A stretch of 64,000 nt of DNA from Camelus ferus (Eukaryota). The notes beneath the pieces were generated by a model. The model did no database searches. It saw nothing but the letters and a program-made list of their open reading frames with translations, and had not been told where the DNA came from. This document shows positions 46,830 through 61,765 of the stretch, piece after piece (the stretch's first letter is position 1; every line of letters starts with the position of its first letter). The stretch covers positions 56,112,001 to 56,176,000 of the forward strand of contig NC_045697.1 in NCBI RefSeq assembly GCF_009834535.1. Reading direction: 5' to 3'. The position numbers and the translations under genes are program-made.

Positions 46830-49800
46830 TGGGTACTTTGATTTTTGAGGCTGTTTGGTGTCTATGGTATACTTCTAATAGCACCTTCAATTAATACATA
46901 AGAAAAGCATTTCTCCTGAGTTATTGAGATGATGAAATCACAAGCTGAAATATGTATGCAAAGGTAAAGTTAAGACCTAAAGAAGTCTTTTACCTTTCAT
47001 TTAAAACTTCGAAGCATAGCAAATAGTAGATGGGGAGAATAACAGGTGACAAATTAGCTCAACACTTAGCACTGGGTGGCTTACAAGGGATCTAGGACAA
47101 AAAATAGCTGGAGAGGAAAATTTCTATAACTGTGGACTATGTTATAGTACTTGCTTTGGCTAAATAGACTTAGATTTTTCTAAACAGTTGAATAAGTTCT
47201 GAAGACATGCTGTTGAAATCACTTAGTTCCTACAACTTTGTATACAAAAATCTCTCATTAGTCACTTAAGATTTTTCAGTAGGACAGGAATGGGGAGACT
47301 GCTTTACTTTCTTCCAATTGCAAACTAACTCTGACTTCGTGTACTAATTCCTAAGTATTTCCATCAAAAAAAAAAATACTCACCTTAAGTCTTTAGTTTT
47401 CACCCTGATCAATAACAGGACATTTGATTTTGGTATTTTCTGCAATACATATTGGAGGTTTTAGGCTAATTCTTATCTTCCCATAAGTGATATCTTGAGA
47501 AATTTGCTAATAAAACTGCAAATTTTTTAATGTAGCTCTATTTTCGAAAACCTAACCATAATGTAATTTATTGTTAACTGCTCTTTTAGAAAAATAACCA
47601 TATTCCTCCCTGTCAGAAAAAGAAGCCACTTTTATTTTGTGATTGAGAAATGCTGAAATACTTTTGTGCTTGCAAATAATTCCAAAATGCTCTATTTCTC
47701 ACTTCTTTGATGGAGGAACTGAAGACAACCCTTAAAGACCACTCTTGTAAATATTATCTGATAAGAGTAATCAGTTTCCTTTTAATCAACCATCAACACA
47801 TTAGCGATACCAACGAAATAAAACTCAGTGAGTTATGTACAAGGGAGAGCTCTGCCAAATGAAGACTTAAAGTAAGATCAGCCAAAAAAGCTTCATGCAA
47901 ATCATGTAAATGAGGACAGGAGGAAGGGAGAAAAAAGTAAAGGAAATGAATATAAACTAAGTCATCTTGAAAGTGTATTTGACCATGATCACAGTGTTCT
48001 AACTAAAACAAAAGTTTTATGTATAGTATATGTAATTAATCAGCATCTTTAATGTCTCGAAGACTTCTGACATTTTCTTAGAAATATACCTTAAAAGTGT
48101 GAAAGAACTTTGTATGATAAGCTTGGCTTTTGACAGTTGTAACATAGTGGGGGAAAAAATCACTACTTTCAGCAGGTCAAGAGTGTTTGGTATGCATATT
48201 CTCTATGGCTTTCATGCATAATGAACCATATGTCTTACCCATGCATGTGTATGCAGCTACAGAATTGCCTTATGAATTTTTGATATGAACTGCCTGTGAA
48301 AACAACCCAAAATATCTAGTTTTTTTCCCCCTTATGTTAATATGAAATCTAGTTTCAAGAAGAGCTAATTGCATTTTTTCCCTTACACTTGAGGAAATTC
48401 AAGTATATCCTAAAGGTCTACAAGCATTCACAAACATTCAAGGTTATGTTGGAGAACCTGAAAGGTCTCCAAAGTGTGCAAGAAAACCAATTGAGAAACA
48501 TGGCCTTGAAAGTTAAAATATAAACTCTGGTCATTTAGTGCCAGTAAAATCTGAAACACAAATACAAAGGTGGTGCTCCTCAGTGGTGGTAGGAAATTTA
48601 GAAGAATTACATTAATTTTCCTAAATTATCATTGAAATAAAACCACCAAAAATTTTCAATTGAAGTTGTGGGCCTCCAAGCTTGCTTGGATCACAGCTGA
48701 GAAATGCCGTCCTACTGTGTCTATAGCATAATTTCCATGTCTAACATGTTTGGTTCTTTCAAGAAATGATGGCCAGTGACCTTCAAACTTGAATCAAAAT
48801 TCTAAATAATCAAAAGAATCAAGAGTTCTGTTGTATTCAATCGAAGGTGCTGACTTTGTGATAGCCACAGTTAACTAGATTACAAATATTGATCTGGTTA
48901 ATTCGAGTATTGTCAAACTAGATGGTCACCAGAAATATCTTATGATACTACACTCCAGAGGGAGTCTAGAGAAAATTCTACTGTATTGAGAGCAGCAAAG
49001 AAATTCTTCCTAGGCCCTTCTGTTTATCTTCACTTTGCTAGTATATCAATCTTGCTTAAAAATTATTTCCTAGAATGGTCCCCCCCCAGCCCCAGAACCT
49101 TTGTGGTTCATTCTACTCTATGGTTTCCAAGAAATATTCCACAGATCAATACATGTATTTGGCTTTTAACATAATGGCATGGACTTGATGATGAGTTGAG
49201 GCATTGAAAGAGTTTAAATCAATACAATGTGTCTTAATTTCAGTGGTCTAATGCTCCTGTTGCTCTCACTTTCTGCTTTACCCAGTGCATGTATGTATAT
49301 ACTTGTGAGGAATCAGGAATTGACCATTTTTGATCAATGGACCACTGCGAACAGCCTGAATTCAGAAACACACCTGCTAGCTAAGTCGTGCCTTGCCTCA
49401 GCACGTTGCACTCAGTCTAGCCCCTGCCTGCTCGTGCTTGTGCATGATGCATCCCAGTGGAGGGACAATGGGGCACTACCCTTATCTTTTGTTTTTTAGA
49501 ATTTTCAAAAGAGAAATTTGCTCTGGGTAAGCTATGGCATCTTGAATAAAATGTGATATCTCTGGGCAGAAAACCTGGGTTTAAATCCCAGCAATAGACA
49601 CTCTACAATTATTTTCTTTTCTCGTAAAAAGGATATAAGGATAGATTCCCAAAATTATTAAAAGCATTTGCAGTGGATTCTGCTCTCCTGTGCTCAGCAT
49701 GTAAAGGTGTTCAATAAATACTGCACATACATAGACAGACACATACATATCTAAAATGAAGACCAATAAAAATCAACTGAGACATATGACATAAATGAAA

Positions 49801-50299
49801 TATTCTAATGATGCTATGTTTCAGTTTTTCTAAACTACTCCAGTGTGTATATTAGGTTCCATTTTTATCAATCAATCATGGGAAATTTAAATATATGTCA
49901 AAAGTAACTTGATGCAGGTGTGATCTGTTAGAATTATTAATAAATGCATGCATAACTGCACTTAGACACAGCTAATGGAGAAAGATAGAAACAGATTTTC
50001 TGAGCAGTGCAGTTTTAGAAGAATTTTGGCTTAGGATTTTTAGAATCATTTCAGTAATCAGTCAATGATATGAGAACATTGCTATAGTTTTTTTTTCTTC
50101 TTTTTTTTAACTCACATTACCCAACCCTTTACAGCTCCTTCCCTCTTTTTCCGTTTCTGAAGCCCTAGATGGTTGTTAGAATGTTGCTGCATCTATAACT
50201 TCTTCCTCCTTGAAGTGTGCTTGGCTGGCTCTGCCCTTCACCTGCTCATCACACTTCTTGTTTATTACAGTTACCCCAGCTTTGGGCCTGTACCTACAC

Positions 50300-50467
50300 A
50301 CGCATTTCTCTGTCGCTGTGTCTCATCTCTTGGGTTGATGACCTTCATATCTTTGTGAACTTAGTTTTGTGATTTTGTCTTTTTAATTCTTTTTACTGTT
50401 GTGGTCTGAGTGCCTGGATCAAAGGCTAGCACATCATAAATATGCAAAAATAATTGCTGAACAAATA
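50300..50467 (+). mobile_element. L2 LINE 3'-end fragment
   Basis: gagtgcctggatcaaaggctagcacatcataaatatgcaaaaataattgctgaacaaat. Confidence 0.5.
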
Positions 50468-53400
50468 GTGATAATAATTGTAAATGTAATATTTATTCAA
50501 TGATTATGGGTCAGAGTTGATAAAAGTATTTAGTCAACTTTAATTTTTCAGTGATACTAGTTATAAGTCATCATTTGTACTTCACAGTGATTCCATGTAT
50601 CTGTCTTCAAATATTCATAAGAAAATTTATAAGACTGAGGTGTATAATTACAAAATGAGAGAAAATAATATATACCCCAGTATAAATGATATGTGAGATA
50701 TGGTCTGCCGCAATCACTTTTACCGTGAGCCTTCCCCACATGTTTTCATTTTTAACCCCTATAGTCGAGCCTAGATTATCCTATGTAAATTTTAATGTAT
50801 TTATATATTAGCTGTATTTTCAAAATCTATTACTAAGGTTTATCACACCTCACCAAAGAAGAAACCAGAGGAAAATGAGACCTACAGTTGCCCAAATAAA
50901 GGAAACAAATAGAATTTCTATTCGTTCATACTTTTTGGCAGAGAAAAGGAAGGAAAATTCCATATGGAATTGGAACACAGAATTGAATGTTTTTCAAATG
51001 ACAGAATGCTCTATTATTACTAACCTTAGTAGCTGCAGTAGTTGTTAGTAAATATCTATTAAGGTTTTAGCCAAATGCAAAGGAATGAAAATGGATCTAG
51101 TTCCTTCCCTGGCTATAACATACCATAGGGCAATTGTTGAAATTGAGCTAAGTGTTGAAGCTAAAGGTTTATTTGCTAAATTTTAGCCATATTCTGAAAA
51201 TAGAATTAGAGATAAAAGCAATATCAATTAATATTATTGTATTAATACTGAAAGTCCTTAGAATCTTCTAAATTACAGAAAATTGTTCCCCTTGTGACTT
51301 GGATAGCCATGCATGAAATATTGTTGGATAAATTATTTTTACCAAACACAGATATATTGTTAATGGTAAAAACGTAGCTTAATTCTTCTAATTCAGTATT
51401 TCCCTTTGGCCCACACTTGTTACATGTTTATTTTTGTGGAGAGGAGAAATTATATCATGCTGAGGGTATTTCTAATCCTGCCGAATACTCCTCCAAGTGT
51501 TCTCAGCGTGCACCTGGACTTCCACTAGTGAGAGGGTGAATTGTCCCTGGCTTAGCCCTGCCATTCACGGAACATTTTATTGACATCATAATAGTTCTTG
51601 CAGGATCTCTTGCGGCCTTTCCATTTAATCTGACTGGTGGTGAAATAACACATATCCACACTTGCTATCAAATTGGCTTTATGCCTTTTCAAAACTGATA
51701 TGTCAGTAGAAAGATGTGTTTTCTGTACGAGAAATGGCTCCTGATACCTTATCTAGGGTACAGGTCTCTCTGACATTATAAAATGTCATAGGATTTGGTG
51801 AAATCTGCACACGTTCATCAGCATCAGAGTATTCTTTCAGGTCCATTTCTAAAAAACTGTAGTTGGAATTGGGTTAAGAACGGTAGTGATTTGAAAGATA
51901 CAATCCTGAAAATTTGGAAAGCTGTTTTATATTTTCTGTGGGGTTTTTTTTAGATTATTTGATAACAATTTGTGAAAAATAAAGAGATTCTAATAAATAC
52001 AATTTGAAAAATGCCAAATTAAAACCATTATCTCCTGGATGTTAATGTAGTGACTCCTATTTGGTAGTCTGAATAAAACATGTATCTCTGTAATGTTAGT
52101 CTGACTTCATGGTTTTGAGTAAAAATATCTATGCTAAATAATCAATTACTGTCACTTGTCAGACTATTTGAATGATCTCTTAAGAGCTTGATGAAGTAGC
52201 CCAGCTTTGAACAGTCTGTCAGAGTATTGTAATATGTGAAACTTTTTCAAAAGAGCAAATTTCGTTTGCTTTAAAAAACAGGTGATAGATTTTCACTTAA
52301 TTTTTTATTTTGAGCTGATAGCCACAGACAGATAAGTGGGCACTTTTTTTAGAGTGAATTTAGGATCTAGGAATAGAGATATATATTTAAAACACTATTT
52401 TCATATTAATGTTTTGAATCATGGTGATGTATTCAAATGCAGCCTTTCGACATTTCTTTTCAGTGGATTCCAAGCTGCGTAGCATTTCCTTATTCATTCC
52501 AAGTCTGCAAAACCTCAACACATGCATCCACTACTATGTCAGATGTGCCCAGGGGTTAAACGGTGGAGTCACAGAGTATGTTCAGCATTTTAGAAGGACA
52601 CAGAAGGACACTGAGAAAAATAGGCACCTTTGTGTTAAAGGGAGTGAATTCATGTTGAAATATAAATAGGCAAAGCAGAAAAACAAACTTACAGAAAATA
52701 TAACTTCCTTGAAATGGACAAAAGAGGTGTGAAAAACTACTATTTGTGGTATAAAGGGAAAGTGCTGACATTACCTAAAGGTGAATTCTCCCCATTTCTG
52801 AAATGTTACCACTGTGTGGAAGCACAGGTACATTTATTAAATTAAAATAAATTTCATTACAATTCATTAATACTGAGAGTCCAGAGACCCAGGATACCTA
52901 CCCTTCAATTAATAACCAAGCTTTAAAGCAATTGTTGACGTAAGGAAAATTCTCACTAAATAATGACTATGTGAAAAATAATCAGATACTTCATAGAGTT
53001 GTCTTTAGAAGGACAGAACTTTTTATCAAGTAAAAACAAAATTCATCATGGATATATATTTAATGACTGAGAAATACACTGACCACACATAGAGGAATCA
53101 TTTATTAATAAAATGCAGACTAAGCACTAGCATTACCTGAAAAAAAACTAGAATAGAGCTTAGAAAGAGATGAAATCCTTTCCATATTTTTATTGTAATT
53201 ATCTACAATTTGTCTTCCCACTTTTTCCTTGCCCAAATATCCGATTTTGTTCAAAGACTCTTATTTCTCACCTGTATTTCCTAAAGCAAGTTATTAACTT
53301 TTAACTAAAATTAATTTTTACATTCTTAATAAATAATCATTATTTGGCAAATGAAATAGAGCTGAATGTTGTTACTATCAAAGTATAATCAAAATGACAG

Positions 53401-56299
53401 CCAACTATGTACTAAAATCTAATGAAATTAATGAAAATAATAAAACAGAAATCATATGGATGTTATATTTTAATATATGTACACAAATGGGATTTCAAGT
53501 GAGAGAGTATATCTTTGAGATTTGCGAAAGTGCAAATTTTAGAGATTTTTTTCCCTTTTTTGCCTGGCATCCTCAAAGGGTATATGATATTAGAAGAAGC
53601 ACAGGGATAAAAGAGGAATACTTTTTGAAATCAACATTGAAATTCCTAGGTACATAATAATTTTTCTCATGGTCTTTTGCTAAGAGATATTCTTACTGAA
53701 AATGTAATGAAATTCACTGAGAATTTTTTTCTTTTTTATACATATGCTTGCTTTGCACTGCCTGTCAGAAATGCACCTAGTATATAAAATAAAATTCCCT
53801 GGAGTTTTTTATTAGAATAGTACATGTTGTCATATTACTGAAAGATTTTCCACTTGGGGAAAAATTAGCTATTTAAATTTCTAGGCAGCTGGGAATCTCC
53901 TCTTATAAATGATTTCAAAACATTTGAGGTCCTACATCTGAACATTTGATTCGTGCACTGCAATATTTATACAGCTAGAGAGATTAAGGGAGATGGCCCA
54001 GACTTTCACAAATATTTATTTAGCACTTTATGCAAGGTATTGTGATCCACATTTCTTCCCATGTAACATTTAGAAATGAATTTCAGCTTATTCTTTTCCC
54101 AGATATTTGGCTAGAGCCCAAAACTGACTGGAAACAAATTAGAAACTAAATGCATCTAATAAAGAAAGTTGAGGAAAAAAAGAAAAGAAAATTGAGGACA
54201 ACTAGGTTCTTTTTGAAGCAACTAGAACCTCAGTGATGTAATAATGCAATAATAATTCCTGGAAATGCAGCTATTGAGAAAAAGAAGTTTAGAAAGAAAC
54301 AGGAGAGTAGATGTAGAAATCAAAGTAAAGTAACAATCATTTTTAGCCAGTTGATCCTTGAAGATATCACCCTTCGAAGTTTGCCTGTTTAAATCAAATG
54401 GTGTTTCAATATTGAACAGGTCTCTAAAGGCAAGAAGATGGCTCAGATGTCCCACTGATCCATTTACTCTTTCAGATTCTCATGACAGTGTATCCAGTTG
54501 ATTTTCATGTTTCGATCAGCTTAATGTAAATTTGTGGTGTGGTAGGACAAAGATTTTAAAATGCCAACTCATCCCTACACTCATCATTGAGATTACAAAC
54601 TTACTACATATACTCAAAAAACAAAATCTAGAATATATAATATTAATTTGAGGCATTTAACCAAATATTATTTTCACCTTTTCTACAACCACACTTTTTC
54701 ACCACATCAACAATGGATAAATGTCCTCAAAGCAGGTAGCATCTAGAACTACATAACTAAGCAACTAAGCGTTACATCCCTGAATAATAAAGCAATTGAC
54801 TTTATGTTAATACGCCATAGAGAATATATCTGTTTTGGATTTGTATTGGTTATTTCTTAAAATAAAATATGATTTTTCCTATTAATTGTGGAAGATGTTC
54901 AATCAGGTAGAAGTAATTTTGGCTTGTGCTTTATGGTATAACAGGCCTAGAAAAATAACGTGAAAGAAAAACAAAACATGCAGAGGAAAACCCTTGAACA
55001 TAATTGATATTTTTAAAGAATCTTAAATAATGTTGTGATCTGACACTTAAAAGATTCTTTATACTTTTACGATTATTTTTGTCTCACAGTATGAATGACT
55101 CACTAATTGCCTTTGTGCGATGAGTTGAAATTGGTCTTTTCTTCTTCCTCATCAGTCCTAAGACATCTCACCTCCCACTTCTTAGAGAGGTCGGGGCCCC
55201 AGCCTATCCTTGAATCCTAAATGGGATTTGTCAGTCAAGCGTAGCAAAATCTAATCTCATCCAAAGAAAAAGAAGAAAACGGACCAGAAAATGATCTGAT
55301 TTTCCGATTTCATGGCCAAGGTTACCCTGGGAAGTGATGAAAGTGGCATTTAAAGTCCGTAACTAAGGTGGTATGCCAAACTTAGCAATAATAACGGATA
55401 AACCATGTGGAAAGATATCGCTTTAACAATTTTACAGTTGCTAAGTGTGAAAATTGTAATGTGGTCAAGCTCCAGGAATCCATGGCAGTCAGTTCAAAGA
55501 AGTGGAACAATGCTCAACTAGAAAACATTCTTTGCTCCTGTAATTTAAATACTGATGAAGTCAGCGGCTGCTGTTCAGACATCAGGCCACAGGGCCCAAC
55601 AGCTTCATTAGTGATGTTGCTGTTTTTATGCCCCCTGCTCCGAATGAAAACATAGCATCACTAAGGAGACAGGTAGAAATGTACTGAGGTCTAAATCATT
55701 GCTCAGCTTGTTTAAGATGAGCATTATTTACAGTGTTTTGTGGTACAGTTCCACCAGTTGGTAGGAGGAGAAGGAAATTGCCAAAATATACTTCCAAGTA
55801 CGGACGATAAATATTTTACTAAAATTATTAACATCTTATTTATTAACCACTAGCTTCTAATGTTCAGAATAATTGTACTATCTGCATGGGAAAAGCTACA
55901 TTCTTGAGACTCTTGAAATTACGATCAGTATCAATCAGCATTACTCATTATACACATTACTGAGTGGTATAACCAATATGAGTAAAAATTAGAAGGACTA
56001 CTTTGGTTATTTAGCATTGACTATTGACAATGTTTGTGCAATCAATATGTCACAAAATTTTTGAACTTATCTTAGGCTGCTATTTACAAAATATGCCATG
56101 ACACATCCTTGACATAACTAAAATAAAAATGTTAAGTGCTATGTAGAACATGCACATGTTTAGTGGTTAAGAAAAGTGGTGCTAATTCAGTATAGACTCT
56201 CATAAACAGTAAATCATGAAGAAAAGAAACATGTGGCTAACCTTGCTCTTTTTCCTACCATATTCTCCTTTGATTAAGGAAAACCAATTGCTATTTGTA

Positions 56300-56432
56300 T
56301 AGGGTAAACATACATCTCATTTTCCCAAAAGTGTTCTGAATTACACTGTTGCCTCTGGGTACTTGTTGAAAAGTGATTCTTTTCCCTTTTAAAAGGGAAT
56401 TGTTTCGGATAATAAATTATATGTTTTCTCTA
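56300..56432 (-). mobile_element. MER94-like hAT-Blackjack DNA transposon
   Basis: Ends tagggtaaacata and tatgttttctcta are degenerate TIRs. The reverse complement has catataatttattatcc, as in the recalled MER94. About 133 bp. Confidence 0.65.
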
Positions 56433-57559
56433 CACCTATATATATATATATATAGCATTCATGCATAAATAGCAGTTACCTTTTCTGAGAGTAAATATAA
56501 TGTGTTCTGTAACTTAGTAGGAATCTTCAAATCTCAGCTTTTTTTTAATGACTGATACTTGTGGCATTGATTCGTTCATGCTGGACTCAGAAGAGTTTTT
56601 AGTTAGTCATTCCTTTTAATAGGAAGTTAAAAACTACTGGGTTGCCAGTGTCAGAAAATAGTATCTATTTCAATCATGATAGTTCACAGAACTCAGGGCC
56701 TCAAACATGTTGAAATGTTATTAATATATTAATCAAGTGAAATACTCATTTTTCACATGTCAAAATAGATGAATATCAGCAATTTCTTATGCTTTAGCCT
56801 ATTTTCATGTTGATTTAATGACTGGAGTGAAGAGGAAAATGAACACCTCTCCCCCACCACTCACCACCCACCACCCACGAAACAAAAGGTTTGAAGAAAT
56901 GGCAACTTGTCTCTAAAAATAATCTCACTTTTTAAAAATTATTTTTCTTTCCTTATGTTATATTTTATTCAGTTTAGTAAAGCAAGTAAAAATAATACTT
57001 TAATAGTGATGATTATTAATAAATATGAAATATTCTTTGGTGTGCTTTGAGAAAAGTATCTAAGAATTTTTGTGTATGTTTTGAATGCCAAATGTTTTAA
57101 GCTTATGATATTTATGTAATAATACCATCATGTATTCATATATACAGTCTTTAATGCCATAACATACTTAGTTTTATAAATAAATGTAAAGTGTGCTTTT
57201 GGGACTTCTGGGAAGTGTAGTTCAAAGACACCTTAGGGAATTATTAGTAATCCTTACATGACAGGGACTTATTTTAATTTTTATTTGTCTAAAAGAAATA
57301 CTCCTGTATATCAAAGTTAGTTTGGGCATATACAAGATTTTTTTAAACTTTAACATTAATCTTTTTATGTACAAATAAAAAATATACTATAACCTTGATC
57401 TAGTTGGCCTATTAATCTCTTCATTAGCAAGACATTTTATGTAGGAAATTTAATTCAATTTTTTGTCTTTTCTATTTTCTTATTAGTAAATAAAAGTGTA
57501 AGGGCTGTTCCAGAGATTACAGCATGCATCCCTTTCGTATTAAAGAAGAGTATTTGTTA

Positions 57560-59560
57560 CTTTAACCTTCTTTCCAGAAAAAAGAGCACCTTAGAACACT
57601 TAGTACCACCACTCTTTTCCAAACTGAAGCCATTGCTATCTTTTACTTTAACTGGGTCTATGCTTCAAACAACACACACTATAATTGCTGTATCAATATT
57701 AATTTAAAATTTGCCATATACTTACATACTTGCTATTTGTCATCATTCTTGCATCTAAGTCCTTCCATGTATAATCATATTCCTGCTGCCAGAAGAATAC
57801 CTTTTAGGATTCCTTAAGACTTAGTTCTACCAGTAATAAATTTTCTTAATTTGTTTGTCTGAAAATCATCCTGAATATTGGGGATGTTTTTGCTGATTAT
57901 AGAATTCCAGGTTGTCAGAATTTTCCTCCGGACTTGATGACATCATTCCATTATCTTCTTGCTTTCATGATTTCTATTGAAAATTCAGTTGTTAGTATAC
58001 TTTTTCTCATTTGAAAATAATCTGCCATTTTATTTGACTGATAATCAGATTTTTTTTTGTCTTGGGTTTTTGCATTTTTACTGGTCATATATGTCAAGAA
58101 TTGCGAAGGATCTGCTATTTTTAATTCATTTTCAAGCTAATACAATTATCTTGCCAGAGTTTCATGGATACTGATAGAGGACAGGATACTCCTAGGTCAG
58201 AGAAAAAGGACTTTATCATTCACCTCATTACCAATGGCTAAATGCTGCTCATTGTGCCAATTCCCTGAGCCTCAATTCCCAGATAGAGAAGCAGAGTGCC
58301 AGGTGACACCTGCAAACTCCATGGGTTGCATTTTAGGTGAGAGGCATTGTGTTGAGGAAACATGAGACTTCATATCTGTACTTCTGTTACACTGGAGCAT
58401 ACATAACCTTTCTTTGATCTAGAGTGGGGCACTTACTCTGTTATCCAAGGATGTTTGCTATACAAACATCCACGTAAAGATCAGTCTAGAACTTAACCAG
58501 TCAGTTCTTCTGCTTATAAGGCATGGAGAAACATGACACATAGATAATAATCTCCCCAAATGTATTACTTTACATTTTCTTGCTTAGAATTTATAAAGTT
58601 TCTTGAAGTTGTTGGTTTCACATTTTTCATCATGTTTGCAAATTTATTAGCCCTTACTCTATTAAACATTACTTCTGACTCATCTTATTTCTTCCCCCTT
58701 TCTCTGACTCCAGTTAGAAATATGTTCGTACTTCCCAGGGTATTATCTTTGTCTCATACCTTGTCTTCTACATTTTCCAATTCTTTTCTCTTAATTTCAA
58801 TCTGGAAATTTTTCCCTCTTACTTATGTTCCAGTCCACTAACTCTTCTACTTTCTCTAATTTGCTCTTACCCCATTCATTAAGTTCCTAATTTTATTACG
58901 CTTTACCATTTTAAAATAAAATTTTCAAATTTCTACAAAGAATCTTATTCTTGTATTTTTTGTATTAAATGTATAATTATATAGCTATTTTAAAATAGTT
59001 ATAGTTATTTCATATCCATGTCTACTGATATCAATAACTACAGTCCCTGTAAATTTGTTGATATTGCTGATTGTTTTGGGCTGGCTGGCTTTTATTCATT
59101 TTGCCCTATCTTGTGGTCCTTCTTATTTTTGATTATATATTGTGTACTTTATTTGCAAAACTGTGTGATTATTTGATTTGAAGGATGATAGTATTTCCTT
59201 CTACAGAGAATATCTGTTTTTGACCTAGGATTTGTGGTACTCGTAATCTGAGATCTTCTCGGTCTGTTTTCAGGGAAGGAGATAATCTAGAGCTGGGCAG
59301 AATTCTGTGAGAGACTGCCTCTGGTTTTGCCTAGACTACAGCCTTTCAGGATCACGTTTCAATGCAATACAGTTTACCTGGCGTCCCTAGGCCCCTGTCT
59401 TCTGGGGGCCCTAGATTCCAGTCTTTCTTTCCCTAACCCTATGTGACTGTCAAAAGGACCACTTAACCTTTCAGTTTGGGGATCCAAAATGCTGCTACAG
59501 AAAGTGTCTCCAAACATCAAAGAGATATTCTTAAGTATTTTGTTCCGCTTTTTAAACTTT
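57560..59560 (-). mobile_element. HAL1/old L1-type LINE relic (ORF1 and 5' region), interrupted by LTR40
   Basis: tcctgctgccagaagaataccttttag, ttgtttgtctgaaaat, tatagaattccaggttg, cattccattatcttcttgctttcatgatttctattgaaaattcagttg, atgttccagtccactaactc, aggatgatagtatttccttctacagaga. Confidence 0.75.
58092..58560 (-). mobile_element. LTR40-like ERVL solo LTR nested in the LINE
   Basis: tgtcaagaattgcgaaggatctg...gagtttcatggatactg...actcctaggtcagagaaaaaggactttat...tccaaggatgtttgctatacaaacatcc...agaaacatga...tctccc matches the reverse complement of the recalled LTR40. Confidence 0.78.
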
Positions 59561-61069
59561 TTCTAAGAGGCAAAGTTAGCCTAAATTACCTATTTCATCA
59601 TGTAAAATGAGGAAGTAAGTCCACGACTGTTTTTAAAATCTGTTTTTCTTGTACCCAGAATGTTGTGTATAATACAACAGTAGGAGAAATAAAAATTAAT
59701 GGATTATGAACTATTTTAGACCATGAAATATGTCAGGGAGCCCAGTCAATGTATATTGACTGACCTTTTTCAAAACAGCTTCCCTGTCTCATTTGCCCTT
59801 TTTTATTACCTGCTTTCTTTTGTTCTCATCACCAAAGTGACAGCAGTAAAGTCACTCTTGTTTCTTTCTTTTTTCCCCACTTGCCTTTGAATCTTCATTA
59901 TTTTGTCCAATTGATGTATAGGTAACTGCAGGTAGCAGAGAAGTCCCAGGGTGTAAAAAGTCAAATTTATCCCAGAATGCCTCTGCCACTGCCATCTGTT
60001 TACGCCTGTGTTTGTAACTCACTCTCCCCACCGACTCCACACAAACACCTACACAGACTTCTTTCTCTCCTTCTTTCCCTGCATTGATTCATCACACCAG
60101 GCGTTCTTGAGCATCTGTTATTACAGTTTTCACGGTGGCGAACGCTATATTTAAGGTTGCAGTGACATTTCCATTACAGAACTCTTGCTTCCAGTCACAT
60201 GGGGGCTTATGAATGATTATTCTGTTAGAGAAGAGGTTGAAATTTTTCAATAAATGTGTTATGCAGACAAGTTACTTTGCAAGTTGGGCAATGTTGACTT
60301 GAATTAGTAAAGTTTTTTCAAAGTGTTACCTCCTAAAAATAACATGCCTTTTGGTTATTGCTTACAATAATACTGATATTTGTTTTTTATAGAATTAGAC
60401 TTTAGGGATCTTGAAGTTCGTAGATTTTATCATTTCTCCTTACTATCCGAATGAGATTAAGACAGTCTATGCTTTGGGGGTACTTTAGTGTCATAGAATT
60501 AGAGTCTCACTTGCTTACTTTGAACAAAATCAGAAACCTGGCATTATAAATCACTTTTGCAAATCAGTGGATAATTGCTAAAATATCTGAAAGGATGTTT
60601 CAGTCAGGAGATACTGTGCTACAGAGAAAATGAGTAAGTGCAATATATTTGTTCAAAAACAAAGAAGAACCATTAGAAAAATAGGTGTTTATTTAAATTC
60701 AGGAAAAAAATTGTATGCAAATATGCAGAGCTGTATTCCTTTAAAAGCAATACCAAGCACATTCCTCTTTAACCATAATTCTCAATTTTCAGCACAGCTT
60801 TTCTTGATACCTTTTCTTAGTGTAGAATAGAAGGAAATATTAATGATGGGACACATACATATTTGTTTAGTGTCCCATATAGCTGCAGCTTGATTAATTA
60901 TTAAATTCTCTACGTGCCTCTATCATGAATGCTGTGTATAATGTTTGGCAGTCAGAAGTGAGCATCCCGGCACTTCTAAATTCTCACTGCATCTTCATTT
61001 ACTCATAAAATACAAATTAAAAAATAATAAAATAATTTTAAATGTTCACTGAAGTGTGATTCTTTGGGA

Positions 61070-61240
61070 CAGGGGTCATTCAAATGCAGGTACATGGGCC
61101 AAATCCCACCCAGAGCTCACTGATATATTATTTACCTATTGTCAGTTCCTAATTTCAAGGTACAACTCAGAGTTGAGTGGTTGGGACAGAAACCTTATGG
61201 CTTGTGAAGCTGTAAATATTTACTGTGTGGCCCTTTCAGA
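61070..61240 (-). mobile_element. MER58A-like hAT-Charlie DNA transposon
   Basis: caggggtc...tgggccaaatcc...cagagttgagtggttgggacagaaacc...aaatatttactgtgtggcccttt. Confidence 0.82.
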
Positions 61241-61639
61241 TCTATGCTTTAGGGTACCACTGAGTGTGGTGTTAAGTAGCCCTCTACCTTTCCAATCCTG
61301 CTCTACAGTTGACTCCAGCAGCAGATGTGTCAAATTGTACCTCCTGTCATTAGACCACTGGTCTACGGTTGCCAGCAGGTTTTTGTTCCAAACCATGTGA
61401 GTTGATCCTAGCAAATGAAATCATTGGCCTCACATGAATGCTTCTGTTGGATCTATAAAGAGCGGTAGCTTTTGTATGCTGCAACATTATGTCTTTTGTC
61501 ACATGGAAAATCACCTAGGGTTAAAAATAGTTTGCTCTTTCCATTTTCACCTTATTCTCTCTCAGCAGTCACTCATTCTGAACTTCCGAATTCTTTGTTT
61601 TGTGTTTTCTAGTTTTTTCATATCCCATTATATGAAAAT

Positions 61640-61765
61640 TTTGTGCTGCTAGTTAAATTATATGAATCTTGTCTCCCTCCTGGACTTGTAGGTGCAAGTA
61701 GTGATTGATAACAATTTGTCTTATTTTGGATAAGCATTATTCAAGCCTTGGCATCACGTATTGAT
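61640..61765 (+). mobile_element. L2 LINE 3'-end fragment
   Basis: tcttgtctccctcctggacttgtag...ttgtcttatt...agccttggca. Confidence 0.45.
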
